A stretch of 64,000 nt of DNA, from NCBI RefSeq assembly GCF_009914755.1, contig NC_060925.1; one strand, written 5' to 3'. The position numbers were made by a program, and so were the translations under genes. Below, one piece after another: positions 31,791-50,492 of the stretch (positions within the stretch are counted from its first letter, which is position 1; each line of letters begins with the position of its first letter). Below the pieces are notes generated by a model. It was not told where the DNA came from, ran no database searches, and saw only the letters and a list, made by a program, of their open reading frames with translations. This DNA comes from the human T2T-CHM13v2.0 reference genome, Homo sapiens.

Positions 31791-33411
31791 TAGTACACCA
31801 TGCATGGTTTTACTACAAATGCATGCAACATAGACAATATATATTACTGTTTAGTGGATTTAAATTTTGTATAGAATGTTATTACACTACATATTGTTTT
31901 CTAATTTGCTTTTTCACTCGTCATGTTTTTGAGGTTAATCCATGTTAACTTGTGTAGATTTCGCTCATTTATTTTTACTTCTGGAGAGTATTCCATTTTG
32001 TGAATTTTTAAAAATGTTGCAAATACAGCCCATTGCTCATCCCTTCCTCAGCTGCCCATCTTGCATAGGTGGTTCAAGGCGACATACACAGGGATGTGTA
32101 GTGTGACATTGTTGAAACAGTAGAAATAATTAACTGTTTACCTTGACTGAGGGAGATACTGGAATCTAATCTGGCAAGAATTTAGCATGTATCTGATGCT
32201 GGTAGGGATACAGATGTGTATCTTATTATTTTCTATAATCTTTTTGTGTTTGAATTGTTTATAATAGAAAACGCTACCCCATCCCCACCCCCACCCTAAG
32301 AATGAATGGTGTTCTGCTCCAGGTAAATGTCATGGAAGAGCTGACAGGAAGAGCTGTAAGGAATTGCGAGGCAAAAATCAAAGTGAAAATTAGAACCCAT
32401 AAATGTAAATGGAGGGCTGAAGCCATTTTGACTCTGAGGGCATTTGCCAATTTCAGGAAATTTGAGCTGAGGTTTCCCAAGGCTCCTCCAGAAAGTTCTG
32501 GGAAATCAGGTCTCTAAATGAAGACTAGCCTAGAAAACAGACCTCCAGGAGTCCTTTTCAGTTTAAACATTATAGAATTTATAAAGCTTGTCTATGCATT
32601 CCTTTGACACTGCTGGTTCAGGTGATTCAAGGACAGTTGTGGCGCCATTAGAAACTTGCTTTGATACCAAGCATCTAGAAAATCTTGCTTGAAATCACAA
32701 TATTAGGGTTACAAAGCAGAAGCTTGATATTCTTGGAGTCAGTACTCAGAGACATGAAGCAGCTCAGCACAATTGGTTCAAAGGAGGAAAAATAAACTAA
32801 GAGATTGGATCTGACAGAAGCAGCACCTTCCTTTCTCTGTTAAGAAGGGAGGAAGGAAATCCTGTGATACATCTGTTTCTTATGGATTAGATTCAGTGCA
32901 AATGGAAGAATGTGGGGCTTTTATCTTTGAAAAATTGACCAATATTAAAAAGTAAATCAAACTTGAAAAATCTCCACCCTGTGTTTTGAATTCTGTAAAG
33001 CAGGAAAAATACTATCAAAGCAGAAACTTCCTTTAATGTGTCCCATGGGCAACACAAATATAAAACTGGAGGCTTAAATTAGGAGACTGTATCCCACTTA
33101 GGGGAGTTCAGATAAGTCCTTACATGAAAATGGCCTTCTTAACATACCAAAGTTTTAAATTAAGACCCCATAAATGATAGATTGAGAGCCACAGTTGAGT
33201 CCCAGATAAAAAAATCAAATCTACAAAAATCTAAACATAATTGGAGGATTTAAAGACCCTTGACAACCTATCTTGCAATTCGTGATCTTTTGGTCTGTGA
33301 AGGCAAATCATATATTTAAAAAATACATTTAAGTTCTAAAGGAGACTAAAACATGCATTTAGGAACCTAAGAATGCTAGTGTCAACTTAGATTGTCAAGT
33401 TACTTAAAGTC

Positions 33412-34756
<1,345 letters not shown>

Positions 34757-34774
34757 TTGCTAAAATAATTAGTA

Positions 34775-38035
<3,261 letters not shown>

Positions 38036-38538
38036 TACAACATACTTTATACTTTGGTGTCAAATATTTCCCTTGACTAAAATTCTGTCATAACGTATTA
38101 ACATAGATGTCGAAATGTCTGTTTTTATTCTGAAGCATCACTAAATACAGAGGTTACTTAGTCCTCCTCCTCTCAACTCCCATTGCCCTAGGCTTGGCCT
38201 CTCCCTTTCTTACACACACACACAGACACACACATGCATTAGACTATCAAATCTAAAATCTTCAAAAATTCTCTGGAGTCAGAATATGTATCAAGGCAGC
38301 AGTTAAGAGCAATTATAATATTCATTTTAAAAGACCAAGAAATTCAGCCAAGTTTGAGGCCTTAAGTACAAGGATGAACATAGAAATGACAATGAATTTT
38401 GCCTAATAGTTTTCATAAGTGAATGTCTGGGAAAAAAGAATTGAAGTTTCACTCTAGCTAATCCAGCTAAGAAGATCTAAAAGGAATCCTGAAATGATCT
38501 ATTGGGAATTTTACTCAGGTATTGATAGAGAAATGTTA

Positions 38539-38781
<243 letters not shown>

Positions 38782-38873
38782 TTAGATCTCATTTCCTAAC
38801 AACTTTCATTGCTGAGATCTTTGGGATGGGATGGGGGTGCAGTTCTACCATCAAGTGGGAAAGCAGTCTTTAA

Positions 38874-39254
<381 letters not shown>

Positions 39255-40199
39255 TAGATGCCATAATGTTGTGATTTGTTTTATAAACCACCCAAATTGA
39301 TGTGCTGTACAGACAAAATAAATTAAATTAACTCAGTTCTGTGGGTAAAGGTTTTTGCTATCCCAGGACTGTGGCAAGTTGGGTTCTTACATGTTCTAGT
39401 TTCATGCCAGCACCTAAAAACTGTTTCAACAGATGGAGAGGTAGGAAGACAGCATGAGTCCCTGTAAACCAAATACAATCTGGCTGCTCTAATTTTAGTC
39501 TCAGTGTTTTTGAAGGAACTCAGAAATAAAGCAATCTACAGCCTCCAGAGAAAGTTGCAAAAGTTTTTACAGTTTTCAGAATTATCCAGCTGATTATAAG
39601 TACCTCAGTCTTTCACAATTTTTTTTTTTTTTTTAACTAGCTAGTCACATATTAAATAGAGTGAACCTACAGGGAATGTTTTAGCTAGTACTTTAAAAAA
39701 AATAGCAACATGAACTGTTTATACCTTGAGTTGTAAAAATTCTTATTCAAGCTTAGTCTTACTCTGTGAGATTTGTGAGTCAGTCATTTTTATGAGACCC
39801 AATAAAGATTACTGTAAAAGGTACCATTCCACCTAAAATATGTCTTCTAATTATAACTTGCTTGAAAGGCAAACAAATGAAAACAAAAGTTGTGTTTGGA
39901 CTAGGAGTGCCAGTTATTTGTAAGACTATATTGCAAAAGTAAATTCCATGACTTTAATTACCGCCTATATTCATTCATTCATCCATTGATTCATCACTTA
40001 AACTAACATTTATTGAGTATCTGCTATCTTTCAGGCACTGCTCTAGGTGCTAGGAATACACTGGTAAACAAAACAAAGCCCTTGTTCTCACAGAGCTAAC
40101 AGTCTAGCGAGGCTACATCAGATCATTCTGCTCCCTGGTTAAAACCTCTTCAATAGCCAAAAATGAAAATAAAAACCTTTCCATACCAAGGTCCAGATC

Positions 40200-42235
<2,036 letters not shown>

Positions 42236-42633
42236 AGTAATAACCTAGAAATTAAATAAGAAAACAGAGGTTCAGCAGTTTAGAGGCTAAAGGAGTTCAC
42301 TCAAGATCACATAGAGAGTAAGGGTAGGGTCAGACCTCAAACATGGTTTTTATTATTGTAAATCCAGGTGTTTCTCCCCCCTAACCTACATTGCCTTGTT
42401 CTGAAAATTGAAGCGGATACTGTGAATACACTTTGAAAACTGTAAAATTATATACTAATGTGAAGCATCAGAAAACCCTTTTAAAAAATAGCTCTAAGTA
42501 ATAAGTAATTTTTCAATGGCTCATTGCATGCTTTATACCAGTCCTTGTTGCAGCCCACTGAACCTTTCTCTATGCTTTGGTGTCAATATCCATCTTCCAA
42601 ACCCAGAGCTATCCAGAATAGTGCCACAAATTA

Positions 42634-42762
<129 letters not shown>

Positions 42763-44700
42763 TTAATTGTGGCAAAAAATTAACAAAATTTACCAACTTA
42801 ACAAGTTTTATGTGTGCAGAGCAGATGTGTTAAATATAATCACATTGCTGTGTAATGAATCTCCTGGGTTTAAGTGACCCTCCTACCAGAGTTTCCTGAG
42901 TAGGTGGAACTATAGGCGCCCTATACCACATTTTGTTTATCTGTTCATCTGTAGAATCAATGGACATTTGGATTGCTTCCACCTCTTGGCTATTGTGAAT
43001 AATGCTGTTAATGAACATGGGTGTGCAAATATCTCTTCCAAGATCCAGTTTTGAATTCTTTTGGATATGTACCCAGAACTGCTGGATCAGATAGTAATTC
43101 TACGCTTGATTTAGCACAAATTTTGTCAATCCAAAGAGCTGAAAGCTAACATAGAACTATAGTATATTTTTAAAGAGTCAGTTCATATTTGTGAGCTCAA
43201 CATAAACATCTGACAAATTTTCCATTAAAAAAATTTTTATGTGTTCATTGATTCACATACATCTTAGCACGCTAATTCATTATTATTTTAACCCCTACAA
43301 AGAAGGGTAGAAAATAGGAAAAACATGATTCTATTCTAGACTTGGGTCTAACCTGTAACAATTCACCTAGCCTTCCTTATGACTGCCCTATTACTTACCA
43401 TAGCTATTGCAAAGATGAATGGGTTAATATTTTAGATTTGTGTATGAGCTACTAAAAAGAAAAAGCAGTGGACAATGAATCACAGAACTTTGTAACAGTA
43501 GGTTCTATGATTTATTTTCTAGTGTTTTCCCTTTTTTGAAATACATATACGATGTACACACACACAAATGTAAAATATTAACTTAGAATTTAAAAAAATT
43601 AAAAAGATTTTAAAATAACACATTTATCTCTGCAATAAATGAGAGCCTTTGGCTTTGCTGTTAGACATGATTACACTTAGACCAATTCAGAAAAGATTTC
43701 AAGAAAGGAAGAGTACACAGCTTTACCTGGGTAAATCAAAAAACTTGTAAAGTTTCTATCATTATCATGAAATTCATTTAAAATGAATTGTGGTTATTAA
43801 CCTGCTTCCTCTGGCTCTATATCCAAAGACTTAGAGAATAACTGTCCACTCATATTTTGGATAATTACTTTCCTTTTAATAATAAAATTTCAATAAATAA
43901 CTAAATTTTGAAGATTCATGTAGGGCATATATATGTTGATTATGGAAAGGGAAAGTACCATTTAGAGCTAGAAAGAGGTTTATTTGAGTAAAATAAAATG
44001 GCTATTTTACCAAATAGGAAGCAAATTCTTAAGGACTCTACACCCAAAAGCAGTTAGTGGCTGAAAACAAACAGATTTTAAAAGGGTTCAATTATGGGAA
44101 CAAATGTGTAATGTCCAAAATAGTCTTTATTGGAGATAAGGATTAAGGCTAAGTCTCTATTTTTCATCCCATAAAAATCTATTTACATCTCTTTCAGAGA
44201 GAGAGAGTTTTGAGGAAAGAAAACTGAATTTGATGAACAACGGATCTGATTTAGGATGCCAATTGCAAATAATGATAGAAAACGGATTTTTTTTTTTTTG
44301 GTGCAAAATTTCATGGATAAAAATGAAAAACTTAAATGACCTCTCCTCTCCAACAGTACAGAAAATTTTGCCTGAATTTACCTAAAGTCTACGCCACGGA
44401 CTTGATTCAGTGAAATAGGATGGTTGGGCAGGGCACTGAACCAGGGATCAAACTTAAGAGATGTGTGGTCGCATGACTGCAATTGAACTAGAAGCATTAC
44501 ATCAGGACTGACCACCTTGGCTAAACCACAGACTTTGTCCAGACAGTCTGCCCACTTAGATATATTCCAAGGGGATCATCAAACTGGTGGGAGTGGCTGA
44601 AACACCGAAATGATAACCTCCTTGTTGACTCCCACAGATCCAAGCCATAAGTGTTCCCATTTAGTTAAAAGCTACCGTTGCCCGCCACTAGCATGACTTA

Positions 44701-44910
<210 letters not shown>

Positions 44911-45699
44911 CTACTATTTTGATTCCCCTAGGCTAAAATTCAAGTTGCGGGACCTAGAGCTTTTCTAAGTCCTAATATTGGGAAGGAAATTAGTTTTTTT
45001 TTTCTGTTTTCCCGGTGGCGGAGTAGAAGAAGTATTTATTGAGTAGGAACAGGGGAGCGTGGCAAACTTGGCTTTCCTTTTAACTTTTGGAGAAGGGAGT
45101 GGAGTTTGAATTGGAGAGGAGGCAGGTGGAGTTTGAAGGGAACTTCTCAACGGCTTTCCCTTTCTGCTGTCTAAAGGAGTCCTCTACACTTCAGCTCCCG
45201 CCCCTTCATAGCAATTCCCTCAGCCTTCTCCGATCGTCTAATTTAAAGCTTCTCCTCTTTTAAGACATCCCTTCCCCAGCATTAAGCCCCTCCCCCGGAG
45301 CGCTCCGGTTCCCTGCTGTCGGATCTCGGGCTAAGCATCCCTACCCACGCCTCCTCTTCCCAGGATTCAGAAACTCCCTTCTCTTTTTCTGCCAGGCGAT
45401 CCCGGATTCTCCTCCGTCCCGCCCCTTTTCTCCCGGACCTTCCTCCGCTCTGCGGGTCCGCGGGCCCCTCTCCTGGCAACCCCCGGCCCTCAGCGTGCTT
45501 GCGCTGTTTCTCTCGCGTCCTCCCTTCCCTCAGCTGTCCCTCGTGCCCCCCGCAGTCCCCTCAGGTTTCTTCCCGGAGCGGCTGTTCCCGGGCGCGCGGT
45601 GGTGTTGGTGGGGCAGAGCTGAAGTCGCTTTAGAGGCTCAGTCGGCGCTGGGGTCTGTCACCGAACACGTTGGTTTTCGCTCCCTCTTCCGCTTTTCCT

Positions 45700-46340
45700 G
45701 CCTCTCCAACCCGGTATCAGTTTGAATTGCCAGCGCCGCGCACCGATTGGAAGAACTAGAGTTAGCCCCAGTCCCTCATTGGAAGGCTCCGGGGCCTCCC
45801 CTCACGAGAGCTTAGTGGCTTGAAGACCGTAGGCACCGCCCCAGTAACGGTGCTGAGATCAATTCGGCTTTCTGGTCGGCTGAGCTTGGCTCCGCCTCCG
45901 ATCTCATTGGCCGGCTTCGGGAGGTTTCGGCAAACCCTGCCTTAGCCCTAGTGAAAGTGGCAAGACACGCCCTTCCCGCTTCTTATTGGAAGAGGGACTA
46001 CAGTCTCCACCGGCCTCTACTCTTTATTGGTTAAAATTCCCCGCAACACCCCTCCTCTCTACCCCGGCCCAATTGGCCATGCCTTAGCTCAAGAGTTTGT
46101 GTTTGGTCGTCGGTTCCACCTTAATCCCGCCCATCAGTTCTACTTCGGGGTTCAACAACCCGGGGTGGAGCTTAATCTGTGACCACGCCTCGGCAGTGCT
46201 AGTCACACCTCCAAGTTTTGCCAGCTCCTCCCCCTCATTCCGGGCCTCTCGGTATCAGCTCTTCCTATTGGCTATGGGCCCCATCGGTCGATAGAAAACG
46301 GGCGGTGATTGGTAAAGGGGTGGGCTCTACTTCCCGGCGG
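45700..46340. promoter_or_regulatory. Bidirectional FAM72/SRGAP2 promoter (NF-Y boxes, CHR, E2F-type and ZNF143-like motifs)
   Basis: ATTGG at 45746, 45778, 45906, 45985, 46026, 46072, 46267 and 46308; TTTGAA at 45721-45726; TTCCCGC at 45973-45979; ACTACAGTCTCCA at 45997-46009. Lies between divergent genes. Confidence 0.8.
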
Positions 46341-46488
46341 GGTCCTGCGGAGTTGGCGGAGGCGGCGGAGGCTCCTCCAGGGACTGGGGCACCGATCTGC
46401 GTAGAAACGGGTGGCGGGGAAGAGAGGGGAGGAGAGCTCTGAGTGGGAAGCGGAACCGGGGGCCTGGGACCCGTCGCGTCAGAGCCAG
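46340..46488 (+). other. SRGAP2C: SRGAP2 non-coding exon 1 (5' boundary approximate)
   Basis: Donor CAG|GTAAAG at 46488/46489 directly downstream of the promoter; contains no ATG. Confidence 0.7.
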
Positions 46489-48268
46489 GTAAAGGCTCCT
46501 TCCCTCTTCCTTTTCTTCCTCCCGGCCGCCGGGCTGGAGCCCTGACTGAACAAACCCGGGCTGGGGCGGGAAGGAGAGGGCGCGGATGCTGCTCGCGGCA
46601 TCGCCTTAGCGGTGCCGCCCGGAATCCCTCAGACCGCCCCTCCTCCACCCTCTCCAAATCTCCCAGTACAGCCCATAATACTTCTCAGGACTGCGAGTCT
46701 CTCCGCCCATCACTGTACAGCCTGGGACTCCGTCCTGGCTCACGGACCGCAGCGCAGCCAGCACCCAGCCGCCTCTCCCTTTCCTCCGCACACGGGCAGC
46801 CGCGGTCCACCGTAGGGCAGTCGTCGTTGGCATCGCGCGTAATCATCGGCCGGCCTCCTCCAGTGTCTCCCAGCCCTGGCGGACAGCCCGGGTCCCAGCC
46901 TAGGACCCAGGAGGATGGGTGTTCCGCGCAGCTTCCGGGGCTCTCCCCGAGTCCCACCCCCCGGCCCGCCCCGATGGACTTCTCTTCGCCCACTCCCATC
47001 CCTAGACCACATCTCGGCCCCCACAGTTCCTGACATCCTTGCGCTTCACGCAACATCGCGGCCCATGATCATGCCCCAATTCCCCTCACCTCTAAGGCAG
47101 CCTTCTCCTTGCCGCCTCCCGCCTTCCGAGCGTGTGCAACTCCAGTTGTCCCCGGGCTCCCTTCCAGCCTCAGGACCCCATCTCACACCCGCCTCTCGCT
47201 TCCCGCTTCCCGCTCGCCTGAACCCCGCCGCCTCTGCTCCCTGTCTTGTTTCCTCAGCGTGGCCCCTTCCTCCAGCCGCGGGAAGTGGGAGACGCTAGCG
47301 GGAGCTTCCTCCTCCCGGCGCTCGGAGGAAAAGGAAAGACCAAGTAGAAAGGGTCGCCGCTGCGGCACGCGAGGGAGCTAGTCGCCGGGCTCCGCGCTCC
47401 CGCTTGCGTCCCTCCAGCCCCCTGGGCCTCGTCCGGGGCCGGATCTTCTCGGGCACCGCCTGGTGCGAGGAGTCAGGACTGCGACCTCACCGACCTCCTC
47501 CCATCCCCAGCCTGGGATTGGGTGGGATATCTGGGATCTCTGAGCTTGGGTGTCAAAAAAATATTGGGGGTGGCATTTATAGTCACTATCGTCCCTAGCT
47601 TGAGGGAGGCGACGGCTGCCTTCCGCTCGCCGCCCCCCGGTTTTCCCGGCTCCGACCCTATCCTCTAACCCGTTTCCTGCTTCAGCTGACCACATTGTTT
47701 TCCTGGATGTGTCCCGTGCCGAGCAGGCTTTTTCCTGCAGATTTGCCCCCCCCACCCCATCAACATTTTGCTGCCAAGAGAAGCTAGTAACCAAAAACAA
47801 AACAACTGGGAGGAGGGGCGGGAGAGGAAGAAAAGTTGTGCCCTGGTGGCTTGTCCCTCCCCGGCTTTGATCCCCTTTGATGTACAGGGAGGTGCCCCGG
47901 CCGGGGGTCTGGGGCCACGTCGGGGGCTAGGTCGGGAGGGCTCCCTCGGGCTGGCCGCTGCCCAGCGCTGGCGGGGCTCAGGAGGCCGCCGAGGTGCCGC
48001 ATTCCCCGCCCGGTGCCCCGCGTTCCTGCAGTCCCCGCCCGGAGCCCGCGCAGGCGGCTGCTCCAAAGTGTTTTCTTTCAGCCTTAAAATCCGGAGGGAG
48101 CTTCCTTCCTCCCCACCTCGTAGCGCCAGGCTCTGCGGGCGGGGAGACGTTAAGCGGACAGGAATGGGCCCAGGGCGGGCTCGGAACGACGTCCCCTACC
48201 CCACCCCCGCCGCGATTAGGATCTGCGCTCTGGCTGATCGCCCCCTCCCCCTTTTCCTGCATTTACAG

Positions 48269-48810
48269 GCAAGTGAACCGGAGCAAACGACTTCCGATCC
48301 AGTCTGCGCTGTTGCGGCTCCCGTTTGGGATTTGATTTGCAGCATCTTTGAGCCTCTACGACAAAAAACCGCGAAGCACGCCCAGCCCTCCCCCGGCACC
48401 CCGAAAAGCACCCACTCCCTCCCGGGGACACAGCTGGGCGCGTCCACACCCCCGCAGCCCCACACCATGTTGTGCGGAAGGACTTCCACTCCCCGCCTGT
48501 GTCGTTGATGTCAGACCCCAGGCCAGCCTCCGGGCGCTGCAGTTCTCCCGGCTAATGCTGAGGCTGCGGCTCCGGCTCTAGCACAGGCACCAGCCGCCGC
48601 CGCACCCGGCCTCAGCGCCCACCGTCTGCATGTGCCCGCCGTAGCCGTCTGCCCAGCCCGCAGCCCGCGCTCCACGGAGCGCTGGAGACCACCGTGGGGG
48701 GCCCCTTCTGCCCTCGAGAGAAGCGGTCTTGGAGGTATTGATTTAGGTGGTTGGATTTTTTCCGTGGATCTATCAATTCACAATTCGAATTTGGAAGAAA
48801 GAAGGAAAAC
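48269..48810 (+). other. SRGAP2C: SRGAP2 exon 2, 5' UTR portion (542 nt, four uATGs)
   Basis: Acceptor CCCCCTTTTCCTGCATTTACAG| ending 48268. Confidence 0.75.
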
Positions 48811-48877
48811 ATGACGTCTCCAGCCAAATTCAAAAAGGATAAGGAGATCATAGCAGAGTACGATACTCAGGTCAAAG
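48811..48877 (+). CDS. SRGAP2C: SRGAP2 first coding exon MTSPAKFKKDKEIIAEYDTQVK(E): start of the F-BAR domain of SLIT-ROBO Rho GTPase-activating protein 2; likely the truncated paralog SRGAP2C
   Basis: Recognisable SRGAP2 N-terminus; GAAAACATGA start context; donor AAG|GTAAGG at 48877/48878. Remaining exons lie outside the window, and the paralog is inferred only from the linked FAM72 residues. Confidence 0.88.
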
Positions 48878-50459
48878 GTAAGGGTTTTGAAAAATAGCAC
48901 ACTGCAAATGCTCTGTGGACTGGTGAGGCGTGTATTTCCACCGTGATTTGCAGGTTGTTCATTTCTTTGGGTGGAGCAGATGGGGGCAGGCTGACCCCAG
49001 AGGTGGTTTCATAGATGGGTCTGAACCTCCAAAGGATGGGCAATGCCAGGGGGCCATTGACACTGGAAAGGAATTTTTGCAGTGGGCTGTAGGAGTATCT
49101 TTGTGGGGCTGACCATGATTTTGGCAGCCCTTTCCCCCCAAGCCGGACAGGGTGGGGGGAGGGGCAGGAGGCTCTTAGAGAAAGGCAGTTTGCCTCCGGT
49201 TCTCTGGGTCAGGTTTCCTTGAAAGACAACTGAAATCTGACAGGTGTTTGGACATTTGTTTCAGAGATTGAAGAGGAGTCCAGACAGAAAGGCAACCTTG
49301 GGAAGGTGTACCATTTGGAGAGCCTTGGGAGAGGAGGGGTTTTTCGGATGCACTATATTAAAACATGAGATTTGCAATGGCATTGGCACCAAAAGTCCAT
49401 TGCCACCTTGGGTGTACCTTGTACCTGCCTGGTCTCTGGTCGGCCTGCATACAATCAGAGATCAGAGAATAAGGCCACCCACACCCGGTCTCCGCCCTCA
49501 CCTAAATCTGAATAGAGTTGGGAGGATGTTAGGGTAGCTGGTTGGTGCTGATTCTGGAAAATGGGAAGACATAATTGTTTAACCCTTCTGTGCTGTGGCC
49601 CTCTGCTCCGGAAGACATGCTTTTAAAGCCCCATTTCCCTCTCCTGAAAAATGTGAAGGGTAAAGCAAAATGTGGACTAGGAGAAACCAAGGACCTGTCT
49701 TCTCATCTAGTCGACTGACTTGACTCATGAATAAGAGCCCTTACTCAGATAGCGTTTTTTAAACCAGCAATTCCCATAGGAAGGGTTCCTGCCTGTTAAA
49801 GAGCTGCAGCATGTGTTTGTGCAAGGCACTGTCCTTTCCTGGTCAGTCACTGGAAAGAGCCATGTGGCTCCAGCCCATTGAGACCTTAGCTGGGGAGTGG
49901 AAGAGGTGGGTGGCCTTGAATGTTACACCACATGGTTGGAGCTCTGGGTTTTCCTTTGTTTCAGAGTACAGAGGGAGGGGCCCCTCCTTTCCCTGCACCA
50001 GTGCAAGGAGACCTTTTCCTATCAGAGAGGACTTGGGAAGGGCCATGGCTCCCCTCTAATGATTGCTGGGGGGTGGGGGTAGGCGTAGAGTTTGAAATGG
50101 GCAGCTCCCTTATCTCTTGGAAGGTTGGAAGGTAGTCTGAAGTCCTCATTGTACCTACAGGATCTTTTTTACGTCATTAGTTTGGTCAGTGCTGGAGGTG
50201 CCCTAAGGGGCCTTCTATCCACTTGGCTGCAAATATTGGTAGGTTTATTACAGAGGTGGGGGAGTTGACTGATTGATAGCTTCAGTTGAACTGGGATTGA
50301 GAGAGGTGTGGTTGTGAGTTATTATTGAGGTCTTGGCCTCTTGTCACTGTTCATAATCCAGGCCTGTTTTTGTAAACAATAGGCCACTGGCCTCCATGTC
50401 CTGTCCAGATGCATTGCATTTGCTCTTGGAATCCCCCCTGCAGTTTTAACCAGATATGT

Positions 50460-50492
<33 letters not shown>

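Larger units (their letters stand above)
45280..48730. promoter_or_regulatory. CpG island spanning both transcription starts and SRGAP2 exons 1-2
   Basis: Abrupt rise in GC content and CpG density relative to the flanks. Confidence 0.9.

Noticed and set aside
47768-48508. 246-aa plus-strand ORF and other 120-196 aa ORFs in 46265-48066
   Set aside because: Non-ATG starts, Pro/Gly/Arg/Ala-rich composition and overlap in several frames are expected from stop-codon scarcity in a CpG island. Only the ATG-initiated tail of this ORF (uORF1) is retained as a finding.
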